A DNA stretch of 62,954 bases, counting the filler, from Asterionella formosa (lineage: Eukaryota), in NCBI GenBank assembly GCA_002256025.1. It is 12 parts of 12 records of this genome, joined end to end, with 100 filler letters (N's around TTAATTAATTAA, not from the genome) between each part and the next. Parts side by side here need not be neighbours in the genome. Positions count along the whole stretch, not along the records: positions 1 to 23,724 come from NKIB01002410.1; positions 23,825 to 47,537 come from NKIB01002417.1; 10 more parts are not named here. The stretch is one strand, 5' to 3'. The translations under genes were made by a program, and so were the position numbers. Each line of letters starts with the position of its first letter. Position 1 is the stretch's first letter. This document shows, in pieces, positions 12,182 to 24,580 of this stretch. Under the pieces are notes generated by a model. It worked only from the letters and a program-made list of their open reading frames with translations. It had not been told where the DNA came from and searched no databases.

Positions 12182-13371
12182 ATGTTTCGCTTCTCACTAT
12201 TGGCCCTTGCCTTGGTCGGATTGACGCAGATTGAGGCTTCTCGACGAGGCGGGAGCTTGCTCACACCAATTGCCTTTCGCCATCCTACACTTCCTATAAA
12301 ATCAAAAAATGCAGTATCAAATCACGGCGCGTTGTCCTTCCTTGATGATGGGGGAAGCATTTCATCAGTAAAGCAAGTGGTTGCGGTACGTACGAAGCCA
12401 TGTACACCATATTATCCACCTTGTCGCTCTGAACCTACAATCATTTTGTCTCCGTCCTTCTTTTCAGATTCCTCTTTTGGCCAAGAATTTGCTTCGTGGT
12501 GCATTCCTCCGAGTGGCTTCTGATCTCTCCGGAGGAACCCCGTTGGAGTCTATTAAATGCCGAGTGACGGCAACCAGGGATGGCCCGATTCAGGCTACTC
12601 GAGATATCATTCGAGAAGGTGGTTTGGGAAATCTCTGGACCGGAACTCCATCACGTACCGTTGAGGGTGCCCTTATGGGTGCAATTTTTATGCTGGGTTC
12701 GACCGTTACAAAGAAACAAGTGCTTCTCCTGGGTGCCTCGAAGACTACAGCGGCGTTAGCAGGTGGACTGGTGGGTGGCGTCGCTCAAAGTATCGTCATG
12801 ACCCCCGCAGCTATGGTGTTTACCAGTCTCAATTTAAACCGCGGAAAGAAAGGATACGAAAATGACAATGCCATTACTGTGGCCCAAAGGATAATAAAGG
12901 AAAAGGGACTTAGGGGTAAGTGTCAACGACAGCCTTGTGCGTATACTCGACACAAAGTCAACTGAAAACATGAAAACTCAATCGGACTTTCATCTCCCTC
13001 GCCTAGGTATGTTCATTGGTGCAGGTCCCATGGCAACTAGGCAGGCCACCAACTGGGCCAGCAGATCGTGTTTCACTGAAATTGCCAGAACGACGTTTCG
13101 CATGTCTAACTATGGGTTAGTTGGTGAGTTTGGATCTGGAGTTCTTGGTGGACTCGGCTCTAGCTGGAACACTCCCGTCGAGACGATCCGTGTGCTGATG
13201 CAAATGGATGTTGGTGCTGGTCGTCCACCGAAGTCATCTCGGGAATACTGGGATGCTGTTGTGAAGGAGCAGGGCTATATTGGTCTTTTCCGTGGTGTCA
13301 CACCTAGGGCTATCCAGGCGGTTTGGCAAACACTATTCCTTGTTGTGGTTCCCAACCTCCTTGGAATTTAA
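12182..13371 (+). CDS. Mitochondrial-carrier-family (SLC25 fold) transporter with N-terminal signal peptide, 3 exons: 12182-12385, 12468-12915, 13007-13371
   Basis: Carrier signatures PLESIKCR and PVETIRV, plus GLFRGVTPR. Introns 12386-12467 and 12916-13006 are GT-AG and keep frame. N-terminus MFRFSLLALALVGLTQIEA. Confidence 0.88.
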
Positions 13372-15363
13372 TTCCAGAAAGCGAAGAAAAAGTAGCTAGA
13401 CTATATACTGTACATAGCTCTCCCGATCGTATACAGAGGCAACATGTGAATAGAGACTACAAGTATCGTAGAGGGGGGCTGTTTTGCAAGTGTACATGTT
13501 TTACCACAATGCCAGGAAATGATGTTTAGCTATGCACGACTCCCAGATACTGTACTATCAGTAGTCTCTATGATAGTCCGGGTAAAGTAGAATGTTTGAG
13601 ATGAGAAATAATCATTTAGACTGCTGGTAGCCGACATCATAGACATACCTATATCCATTGTAGTATATGATATCAAGATTTCTTGGCAGCGCCATGGCAA
13701 TTTGTGCTTGTGGGGCATTGTAACCGCTTTTTCGACGGCGTCCTGCGATGACGAAGCCCTTGCCGTCATGCTTCCATCATCTTCATCCTTGCACCTTCCC
13801 AGCTTGTTTCTCAACAGCACCACATTGTCAACTATCCGCCAGAAATTCCGAGGTTGAATAGGCTCAAGGGTTCACCAGCTCCCCGAAATGCAATGTCAGG
13901 AACGATTTTGTTGTGGTGTCAAAAGGATACAATCGCTTGGCTTCTTCATACAATCCCTCCTCTCTCCATGTGAAGATAAATTTAGACTGTGCCATTAAAA
14001 GTGAAGCCGCACTCTTGCCTTGTCTCATTCAAAACTCCTTGCGAGGAAAATATAATTTGAGTTTGTCATTCATGCACGGCAATATTTTTGCAATACAAAG
14101 GCTGAGGATTTCCACTAACAGTAAAACCTGAGTGAAGGAGGAGATCCCTAAAGGATTTCAATATGCAGCCACTGGCCATCAATCCAAAGGTATCCCCAAT
14201 TCCTACCAGCATGCCACAGGGCCACCTTGTATTGTTTTGCCATCGTGCACTGATGCTTTTGTATGAGGGCTTTCATTTGTCATTGATCTCACAGCAAGAT
14301 ATAGCACACAAGGATGATGATCACAAGATAAAGAAACTCAGTTTTGGAATTTTACTTGTTTCAGGCACTTTCTTCAGGATCCAACCAGCCAGCCAGCATG
14401 ATTCATATACTAATGGGGGCTTGTGAGACTTGTGACCATTGTCTACTTCTTCACAGGCTCTGATTGCAGCTCTCAGATGTGCACTTATCTTGGCCATGAA
14501 AGCATGTATCAAAAATCAATGCTTCATACCATGTAGTCATCAATCCATTTGCCTCTCAGATCAATGAAACAAAAACATAATTTACTCAATTTGCATCAAG
14601 ATTGTTGATACCCACCAGCAGAATGGAAATGGAGGCCATCGAAAACATTTGATGACATTGACAAAACATTTTATTGCTGCTGCATATAGCTACCATGCAT
14701 CAAAGAATAATGTTGGATAGTTGGGAGCAAAAACCTCATGTCCAATTAAAATGGAGGAAATCACCACCAAAGCAAGCCATGCTGAAAGATTCACAGATTA
14801 TCAACATATAAACAGGCACCCTAAGGGAACCAACAGACAATTGTGATAGAATGTCTTTTGTCATAACTTGTTTTATCATAAAGTTTATCAGAAACTTTTT
14901 ATCTTTATCAGCCCTAAGGATTTGAACCTTTTTCCAAAACATCAATTTCGACTGCTACCATACCGGTATTCTAGCAATGGTGGTATACCAGTAAATCAAA
15001 ATACCGGTACCACCCTGGTACTCTTTGTCGTATCATCCAGTCGCGACCATTCCCAAACGCATTTTGACGCTCGATGGACAAGGACGTCTGTCCCCTTCCC
15101 GCAAAATCTTTCAGTGGCTCTGGATCGTCGTTTGGTTGCCCCACAAGGCCAAGCTGAACTACCGGTATACCGGTACCTGGTACTGTATACTGTCCGGTAG
15201 ATACATATACATCACCATCAGTGGCCGGGACAATAACCTCCACTAATATTATTGGGGACATGGATACTGGTATATGTGGCACTTTACTACTACAATACCG
15301 GTAGGGTAGCATCACAACTTACTCTCCGTTCTGTTTTGACAAAAGTCTAGCAAAGCAGTCAAG

Positions 15364-18300
15364 ATGGTACGCTTTTCGTTGTCCGCTATTTACCGCTTAT
15401 TGCAATTGACATCTTTGATGTAGTGATCATCTCCGCAAGGAAGGAGTGCTTCGGTGCGATTTCTAATTGCCTTGTCAGCAATATCCATCGAGGTGGGAGG
15501 TTGTCTCGATTTTCTACGGGGAATCTGGTAGAATCTCGCTGTAGAGCATGGAACGGATTTTACCTTCGTTTTTGGCTCCACAGAACCTGTCAAATTGCTG
15601 GAAGCTGAAAATCGTTCTCCTGAATTGAACTACCGGTGCCGGTGTTGCTCCCACCATGACCGCAAATACGTGAATATGCTGGTCACTGCAGCAGTCCTCT
15701 GTTCATCCGCCAAGCCGGCATTGCTGAGCGTACGCGGAACAGCGGTAGTCTCGTCCCTCGACTCACCCTCTTTGCTTTCCGAACGATTCATTAGGTTAAC
15801 TTCACCGTCGATCAAATGAGATCCATTATGGATCTCAAGCACAACATCCGTTCGATGTCTGTGATTGCTCACGTCGATCACGGAAAAACCACCCTGACCG
15901 ACTCGCTAGTCCAGAAGGCTGGGATTATTTCTGCCAAGGCAGCCGGCGGAGCCCGTTACACCGATACCCGCCCCGATGAGGCCGAGCGTGGTATTACCAT
16001 CAAGTCCACGGGAATTTCCATGTTTTTCGAGTACGACATGGCTGCCGGAGAAGCTTGCAGTCTGTCGGAAGAGGTGCTCGCCGAGCAGCGTAAATTGATC
16101 GAGGACAAGCAGGACAGCGAGGCGAATGTGCAGATTTCGGACAAGTCTTACCTCATCAACCTTATCGACTCCCCAGGTCACGTTGACTTCTCCTCTGAGG
16201 TTACTGCCGCACTCAGAGTGACTGATGGTGCCCTTGTCGTCGTTGATACCATTGATGGTGTCTGTGTTCAGACCGAGACTGTCCTGCGTCAGGCTATCGG
16301 AGAGCGCGTTAAGCCCGTTCTCATGGTCAACAAGGTTGATCGTGCCCTTCTCGAACTTCAGCTTCCTGCTGAAGAGCTTTACCAGGCGTTCTGTCGTTCG
16401 ATCGAATCCGTCAACGTCATTGTCGCCACTTATAACGACGAGGCACTCGGTGATGTACAGGTTGACCCTACTAAGGGAACTGTTGCTTTCGGCTCCGGAC
16501 TCCACCAGTGGGCGTTCACTCTCAAGCGCTTCGCAAAGACTTATGGTGCCAAGTTCGGTGTGCCGGAAGCTAAAATGATGGAAAAGCTTTGGGGGGACTG
16601 GTATTTCGACGCCGGTCGCAAGGTCTGGACCACTCAGAACAAGGACGGTACTCTAGAGCGTGCATTCTGTCAGTTCATTGCCACTCCTATCACCACGCTT
16701 TTCGAGGCTATCATGGCCGAGAAACATGGAAAGGTCGCAAAGATGCTCAAGGCCATCGGAGTTGAGCTCAAGACTGACGAGAAGGAGCTTGTTGGAAAGG
16801 CTCTCCTGAAGCGTGTCATGCAAAAGTGGCTCCCTGCCGGAGACACTGTGTTGGAGATGATTGTGCTTCACTTGCCTTCTCCTTTTGTTGCGCAGAAGTA
16901 CCGTTGTGAAACCCTTTACGATGGTCCCCTCGACGATAAGACTGCTGTTGCCATTCGTACTTGCGATACTTCCCCAGATGCTCCTCTCTGCATGTACATC
17001 TCCAAAATGGTGCCCACATCTGATAAGGGCCGTTTCTATGCTTTCGGTCGTGTATTTTCCGGAACCGTTGCCACTGGACAGAAAGTTCGTATCATGGGAC
17101 CAAACTATGTTCCTGGCAAGAAGTCTGAGCTCTGGATCAAGAATATCCAGCGCACTGTCATCATGATGGGTCGTTACACTGAACAAGTCTCTGATGTTCC
17201 TGCAGGAAACACTTGTGCCCTTGTCGGCGTTGACCAGTACCTCCTCAAGTCTGGAACAATTGCCACTGAGGAGGACGCTCACTGTATTAAGACCATGAAG
17301 TTCTCAGTCTCCCCTGTCGTGCGTTGTGCTGTCGAGCCCATGAACTCTGCTGATCTCCCCAAGCTTGTGGAAGGAATGAAGCGTCTTGCCAAGTCTGATC
17401 CGATGGTTCTGTGCTACACGGAAGAATCTGGTGAGCACATTATTGCTGCCTCTGGAGAGCTTCATCTTGAGATTTGTTTGCAGGATCTTCAGAACGATTT
17501 CATGGGATGTGCTGTCAAGGTCTCAGATCCTGTCGTGTCTTTCCGTGAGACTTGTACTGACAAGTCCGACCAAACTTGTTTGGCCAAGTCTGCCAACAAG
17601 CACAACCGTTTGTTCCTTGAGGCAGGACCTCTTGGACCTGAGCTCTGTACGGCTATCGATGACGGTGATATCAAGGCCGGAAATGATGCCAAAATCCAGG
17701 GACGTAAACTTGCTGATGATTTCGGATGGGATGTCACCGAGGCTCGTAAGATTTGGGCTTTCGGTCCAGAGGGAACTGGTCCTAACCTTTTTGTTGATAC
17801 CACCAAGGGAGTCAACTACTTGGCCGAAATCAGGGAATCCGTTGTCGGCGGTTTCGCCTGGGCTACCCAGAACGGACCACTTTGTGAGGAACAGATGCGT
17901 GGTTGCCGATTCAACTTGATGGATGTCGTCCTGCACGCTGATGCCATCCACCGTGGTATGGGACAGATCATGCCTACTGCCCGTCGTGTTTGCTTCGGAT
18001 CCATGATGACTGGAAAGCCTGGCCTTCTCGAGCCCGTGTATCTCTGTAACATTTCTGTCCCTCAGGATGCTATGGGCAACGTGTACGGTGTGCTCACCCG
18101 TCGTCGCGGACACGTTTTCGCCGAAGAGCAAAGACCTGGAACCCCGCAGATGACCCTTCTTGCGTACCTCCCTGTCATGGAGTCTTTCGGTTTCACTGCT
18201 GATCTTCGTTCCAACACGGGAGGAAAGGCTTTCCCACAGTGCTCGTTCGACCATTGGGAGCCAATGTCTGGATCTCCATTCGAGGCCAATAACAAGACCA

Positions 18301-18383
18301 ACGAAACTGTTCTTGCCGTCCGAAAGCGCAAGGGTCTCAAGGAAGAAGTGCCTCTAATGAGCCACTACCTCGACAAGCTCTAA
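15364..18383 (+). CDS. EEF2: Eukaryotic translation elongation factor 2; first coding exon is the ATG alone (15364-15366), second exon 15795-18383
   Basis: [29 protein letters not shown] and the diphthamide loop [32 protein letters not shown] restores the canonical MVNFTVDQ start when spliced to AAGATG|GTACG. Strong codon bias. Confidence 0.98.
15367..15794 (+). other. 428-bp first intron of eEF2 containing several predicted RNA helices
   Basis: GT donor at 15367, ACTCAC branch-like site at 15761, pyrimidine tract and AG at 15794. About five times longer than the other introns in contig 1 (82-94 bp). Confidence 0.8.
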
Positions 18384-18828
18384 TAATAGTGTTGCTTGAA
18401 ACGAAACAAACATGTGGATTGACCAGATTGTTCTCATCGCCATCCCAACGTGTAGCTAGTAGTTTCAATTTACTAATGCATGTCTTTACTACTCTTATGT
18501 CACAAGATAGCGAATTTTGTTTGTATGCGGCTTACAAAAAGGAGTTGATGACGCGAGCTCGCCCGTATGTAACTACAAACGATTCAAGACAAATGGACCT
18601 TAGCCAAACGTACCTTCACCAAAGTCTTTGCTCTAACCGCAAAGAACAGCAAGGGCAAGCACCTGCTTTCATAATGTTTCCATTTAGAAGAAACCGTGGC
18701 ACTGTCAACTTAATCGTAGCTTCATCCGACAACGTCAGGATTTCATACCCTGGATCATAATTCACATCCTTAAAAAGGTTGCCCGAGAATGCTTTAAATG
18801 ACACACATGGTGCATTTGCACATAAATT

Positions 18829-19383
18829 CTATCGAAATCCCCCAAGCGCTTCTCTCCAATCGTAGGCTATGAGCTGAACAGCTGATGCAAGATTCAGCGA
18901 CCCAAATTGCGGATTCGTGGGTATTCCCAGTACCACATCGCATGCACTAATATGATGATCCTTTAGCCCGTATTTTTCGCTTCCAAACATAAATGCAATG
19001 TTTACAGGAAAGTTCGAACCTGACACTAATTCCTGGAAATAATGCCTTGGCGAGTTATAGGTTTGTTCCGATCGTTCCAGGCCCATACTATTGGGCATAC
19101 CCGTGGCGCACTTGTAGTCGAAGCCCTGCAACGCCGCCTCGACAGTCTCGTACATCTTCGCATTTTCCAAAATATCCAAGGCCCCACTCGCGCCTTGGAT
19201 CGTTTTGCTTCGGCTCAGTACATGTGGGTCTCGGGGACCCACCAAACACAATTCATCAAAGCCCATGGTCTTGATAGCCCTAGCAGCAGCTCCGACATTC
19301 ACATTGTGGCTTGTGTGGACCAGAATAAACCGAGTTTGCACTTGCAGGTCAATCATCGCGAAAAGAGGCGAAACGCAAATCAT
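18829..19383 (-). CDS. SpoU/TrmJ-family tRNA/rRNA 2'-O-methyltransferase; true 5' end uncertain
   Basis: NVGAAARAIKTMG, FMFGSEKYGL and IPTNPQFGSLNLASAVQL are SPOUT TrmJ-type motifs. Possible extra upstream exon(s) near 19430-19540. Confidence 0.9.
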   Translation of the reverse strand: MICVSPLFAMIDLQVQTRFILVHTSHNVNVGAAARAIKTMGFDELCLVGPRDPHVLSRSKTIQGASGALDILENAKMYETVEAALQGFDYKCATGMPNSMGLERSEQTYNSPRHYFQELVSGSNFPVNIAFMFGSEKYGLKDHHISACDVVLGIPTNPQFGSLNLASAVQLIAYDWREALGGFR

Positions 19384-19633
19384 GCGGGTAAAATTATACC
19401 CTCAACAAGAGATAAACACACTACTCGAGGCACGGGAACTGGTTGCAATAGCTTGAGTTGCCGACTCCATGTACCGGAAGAAGTCTGAGCGATAACAAAG
19501 AACGACGAGGCAGACAAATCCCATTCTGAACTTACCAGCAGGTACTCCTAATCAGGGTATACCAATAACGTCAGGTGGTGGGAGTATACCGGTAGGTATG
19601 TATGATGGTGTACCAGTACCCTGGTACCTGGTA

Positions 19634-21187
19634 CCTGGAAGGTCTGGTAAACGTACTTGGAAGCGCATGTTTTATGCGCACCATTTCAGTTTCGACGCAC
19701 TCCCAATGGATGTCTCATGCCTGCCAGACAAGATAGACTGGCCTTCCACCTGGTAGTACACATTTTTTGGACACCTTTCCAGTTTCGATGCACTCCCAAT
19801 GATTCCTCTTATGCCTGCCAGTCAAGATAGGCCATCCCTTGTAGGAAATAAGAATCCTCAAGTCATTTAGGAAAACATTACTCTTATTGACTGATGACAA
19901 TTTGCAGAAACAGTCTCTGAACACAACTCAGATTTGATGCCTGATGAACCTTTTCAGCAAACCATCTTCTAGCTTGGAATACAATAGGAGTCATCTCTTG
20001 CTACATTTAGAACTTGCTGACAACAACTTGAATTTGCTGACAATGATTAAAGTTTGCTGACAATGACTACTAGAACTTGTGGATACTCATAGATTTTCTG
20101 AATGACCCTTATGCCTATGAAGTATATAAAGAATAGACACAACCACTATCCCTCCTGATAGCCTTGCCAATGCTATGAACATAGGTAATGTTATATGCAA
20201 ATGCATGGTCACAGTCATTATCACGCATGATGCAATAGCCTACCAGGGTACCTGCCCGGTACCTGGTACCACTATATTTGCAATATCATACTGTACATAT
20301 CAAATGCATCTCACATATACTATGGCTATGCACATAGAATATATGCTCAGGGTACTAACAGAGGTAGCCCTTGTAGATAGTACTACTATAAAAATATTTA
20401 GCTAAGATGTTGCGATTTGTTTCTATATATAAAACGCTAAAGTGTAATTCTTTTTAGCAGCTGGAGAATCCTGCATCATGCTGTCTCTGCCTTGACCACG
20501 ATAAAAATAGCGAAATTCTCCACGAAAAGTGAAAATGGTGCTTTGCTATTGGCTACATACATCTAACACGACATAGATAATAAAATCGTAAAAAATAGCT
20601 GTAATAACACTAATATTGACAACGAAAATTGAAGACGCCCATGGTGCATTTCTTCATGAGTCTAGACAATGCACAATTCAAAACGATGAAGTTATGACGA
20701 GATTTAAAACTTACACAGTATGTGACACTCTACACTAGCTACGGCAATCTGTAGGTCGAACGAAATTTTGTTTGATATACTATGTAGAACCATATCAATT
20801 AATAGTCTATTGAAATTTCAAAATGACTCTTTTGTTTATGATTACTGATCCAGTTGCTGACTACATACGACTAGAAATCTGCTGACAACGATTAGGAGTT
20901 GCTGACAACGACTATAAGTTATTGATTGGTGAATTCCATTAATAATCCGTCGTCCAGTTGCTGAATAGGCTACCATTACCAGTAATAGTAAGTGAACACG
21001 ATCTCGATGATCAGAGCACGACTTGCATTTAATGATTTGATAATTTAACGATTTATAAATTTACTTAAGAGATTTTGGAATAGAAAACCAGCCTATCTCG
21101 TCCGATAGGCATGGGACGAGTCATTGGCTGGGAGTGAGTCGAAACTAAATAAGTGCGCATAAATGTGCGCTACCAGGCCTTCGAGGG
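19634..21187. mobile_element. Non-autonomous TIR DNA transposon (~1.55 kb), TA-flanked
   Basis: 19634-19741 is an imperfect reverse complement of 21088-21187 (GAAGG.CTGGTA..GCGCA..TTTATGCGCAC..AGTTTCGAC.CACTCCCA..CATGCCT..AGATAG.CTGG). TA on both flanks. Internal TGCTGACAA direct repeats near 20015-20062 and 20880-20909. No ORF. Confidence 0.75.
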
Positions 21188-21430
21188 TACTCATGTACCG
21201 GTTTATGTAAGCATGTTTATCGGCAGACACCTGCAAGTTGCGGCCATTTTTCTTAAACAAAAAATTTAATATGGGATAAATACTGCTAAACCTTTAGTTT
21301 CAGAACAATAACCGCAGCTTGTTGGTCCTGGGACTCCCTCTGGTTGAAAATAATGGTCGCATTTGTTAACATTCCTCCGCCAGCATTTTTACTCCTAGCT
21401 ACGATTGTCTCCGGCTTAATTGCCATATGG

Positions 21431-22100
21431 TAGCTGCGCCTTGCTCCAAGTTCTAGATGCATGTATAAAATTTATATAGTAATTTTAAAATTGGCAAAAA
21501 TGCTTAAAAATGTGTGTTTTGGGCCTTTTCGATTTTTGATTTTGGCTATCGCAAGCAAAATGCAGAAAGGTGAGAACCCATTTTTCTTCAAACCATCTAT
21601 GCTCAAAATACATATGAAGCACCATGATAAAATGATTAGAACAACTGTAATTTGTCTTCGATTATGGATTTAACAGCTGTGAAAGAGGCAATGATGGGAA
21701 GGAAGAGAATGATGATGGGCGGCATGCTCATTTCAATGATTAGAATCATCAAATATTTGGCGGTGTGGTCAATGTAACTGTAAAGGCTGGAAAAGGATAC
21801 GGAAAAACATGTATACTATTCTTGTTATAATAATTGTGATAGTGATGTTTTTTATTCAGTTTCCCAACATATTAAAATGGCTGGCCAGCAGCGTTTAAAA
21901 CATCAATTGGCAAAGTGTACAGCCAGTTACCGAATGTATATGTTCATGTTATATTGATTTCAATTAATTTATTAATATGCCGTGATTAATTTAAAAACAG
22001 AAACAGAATTTATATTCAACTCTAGTATATTACTAAAAAACGTATTTTTTTGAGTAAGCTGACCATGTGGAAAAATGGTATGCTTTCTACGTGATCTGTC
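21431..22100 (+). repeat. Dispersed AT-rich repeat family, copy A
   Basis: Colinear similarity with 24581-25200 (ATGTATA..AATTGGCAA..TGGCTATC..GCAAAATG..TTTTTCTTC.AACCA..TGGGAAGGAAGA..GGCCAGC). The 5' part recurs at 23825-23880 and 31066-31185. Confidence 0.75.
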
Positions 22101-22193
22101 CCAAAATAAGCTGGCTGCTCTACACTTTGACTCACAGCAAATCGCCATAATTTTTTAAAACTAGACGGAGGACGAGCGAGGATACTCCAATTA

Positions 22194-22432
22194 CCGTATA
22201 CTTCATTGTCCTGGACCCCCCAATTTACACTGCCGTGAATGAATTTGACTGATCTTACTTAAGAGGGGGCTCCAGGACAATGGAGAGCTTTACCTAATAC
22301 TAGATCTAAGTAAAATTCATTAGGTTCTGCAGGATAGAGCAAATTTTTCTAAGATGTATTAATGTGACAATTATTTCCGTAATGTGAAAAATGAGAGATT
22401 TCTTCACCTTGCAAGAAAAACGCAACTTCATG
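22194..22432 (+). mobile_element. Terminal fragment of a pogo-like element (TA|CCGTATA...) with an internal inverted repeat
   Basis: Homologous over ~200 bp to 38520-38740, which lies directly upstream of the decayed pogo transposase. Inverted repeat CATTGTCCTGGA-CCCCC (22204-22220) / GGGGG-C-TCCAGGACAATG (22265-22282). Confidence 0.65.
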
Positions 22433-23724
22433 TTGTTATCGGCGATCTCAATTTTCGTTGTCATTATTAGTGTTATTTATTTACTTCTTTTACGATTGTA
22501 TTTTTCATGTCGTTCTTAATACAGGTAGCAATTCCTGCTCCAGCTATCGTCTTGCCATTCGGGTACTTCTAAGTAATTTTTAGTCTCTAAGTAATTTCTT
22601 AAGTAATTTTTATTTAAGGGCAATATGGGGCACATCGAATTTTTCGGCAATAAAATTGCCGATTTTAGCATGACAACCAAAATAACGGTATCATGCATGG
22701 AGATGGTACAACAAGCGTAAAACACACGAGAATGATTGTAACATGCAACATCAACGAAAATTGAACATGATGTTTGGAGCAACCAAAGTATGAAATGCGG
22801 TGTAATAAGTAGCATCAAATGAGAAATAGAAAAAATTGTTTTTGGTTAGAAATGAAATAAAAAATAAGAGTTCCAATGGAGACGTATGCATTGTGAATCA
22901 TTGTAGTACTTACACAGGCAACATTGACTTTCCATCACCACACAATCGAAGACCAAAATAAGGAGGGAAAAGCTGAACCCAATCTTGACCTACATCGTTA
23001 TGTAGCGTAAATGGTCTGGTTTCTGCAACCATGCGCATCGCTGTAGTAGCCTGACACCAGTAGCAGTATTTCCGCCACAGTCATTCCTCTCCGCTGCCCA
23101 CCAAACAAGCAACCCTGATCATTCCATTCTGAGCAAGCGTGATCGCCACGCTGCTCCAGAACTATTGACTCTCTCTCTAGCTGAGTATTCATGTAGCTTC
23201 TGATACGAACTCGCAGTAGAGATGTAGCAAAGCGCGTTAGTGCAAGAAAAGCATTGCTTGGCGGCAATATTGACATCATTGTCAATGACTATACAAATCA
23301 ACAAATACAATAAACAACGGCACAATACCACATCTTCAATGAGTAGTCATTGATAAATGCATTGGTTCTTATGTAGATAAATACAGTCGAAACAAAACGA
23401 AAGTGCGTAACGACAAACAACGATGGAAGCAATCAAAACAAACCACGGAAGCAATCAAATCGGAAAGTCGATAAATACAATCTACAATCCACATTCAGTA
23501 TTTCACTGTTGTACTCACCGATCCGCTTCAACCAGCATAACAAGCAGCAGACTATGGGATCAAAGAAAGACGAACGTTGCCTATTGCAAGCCCAAATAGA
23601 GCAAAGGCAGGCAAGATAGCAGAGTGAGAACTATATTTGTGAGGACGAAATCGGGCATACAGTATGTAAAATCAATCAATATGTGAACGATAAATTCAAC
23701 ATTTCAGGTCTCGTAAAAATAATA

Positions 23725-23824
23725 NNNNNNNNNNNNNNNNNNNNNNNNNNNNNNNNNNNNNNNNNNNNTTAATTAATTAANNNNNNNNNNNNNNNNNNNN
23801 NNNNNNNNNNNNNNNNNNNNNNNN
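23725..23824. other. Artificial contig spacer (44 N + TTAATTAATTAA + 44 N); also at 47538, 49080, 50622, 52164, 53712, 55253, 56794, 58335, 59875 and 61415
   Basis: Eleven identical 100-bp linkers with stops in all six frames. The flanked pieces have near-identical lengths (23724 and 23713, then 1440-1448). Confidence 0.99.
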
Positions 23825-24580
23825 CACAGAATCATGTATAATATATATTTAGTAAATTTCAAATTGGCAACTAGCTACGTTAAGGGCAGTTGTCTCGCAA
23901 ATACTTCAAAATTCTATTTACATTTTTTCGCAAAGCCAAATGTCGCTGTAATTAGGGCGGACAGAATCCATTCCTAAAAAGCTCAATTCTTACTGCGGGT
24001 ATGGTCAGTCACAATCAGAGCATCATGCTGATGGTATATATCGTTGATATTCGCCATGTTTGATTTGTTTGTTGATTTGTGAAGTGTAGTCAAACTTGGA
24101 TTATTTTCTTTTAACCGTTCCAATTCGGCTCTTTTTTGTCCAAATAGTCGAACCATTGTCAAAGTTGGCTTGAATATGGTAATTGCAGTTGTTTATAGTA
24201 ATGACAAACAGAGAGACTTCTAGACTTTGTTGAGTTGGTTTCTTGTCTGAGGGAAAAGTCTTGTTTTGTGTTCAAACGCTTTTCTTTTCTCAAAGCATCG
24301 CGTGAGTCTTGCCTTCTTGAATTCTACACACATAATTATCCACGAAATTTGGTCCCTCATAGTACATGTTTATGTGATTACCGGTTTGCGAACAACTACC
24401 TATTACTGACTAACAACTACTACTCCATACCGGGTAACAATTTTATACCAGTACCAGCAGGTACTCCCTTGTCTGTCTAATATCAGTTACATCAAAAATT
24501 CAAATTTATCCGGGGCCATTTCGACTCTTACGATTTTCTCCTGCTCAATCGCTCTACTGTGCGGCTATATAGCTCTACTA

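Noticed and set aside
13530..14945. Short ORFs between the carrier gene and eEF2
   Set aside because: Fragmented, CpG-poor and with no recognisable domain.
15906..18254. Long antisense ORFs inside eEF2 (199-243 aa)
   Set aside because: Expected shadow of strong codon bias on the sense strand.
8944..19383. Bacterial contamination as the source of cobS-cobT and TrmJ
   Set aside because: Both lie on one gap-free contig among intron-containing eukaryotic genes (PIGA, carrier, eEF2).
23725..23824. Regularly spaced TTAATTAATTAA repeats suggesting an array or CRISPR
   Set aside because: They are artificial linkers centred in N runs.
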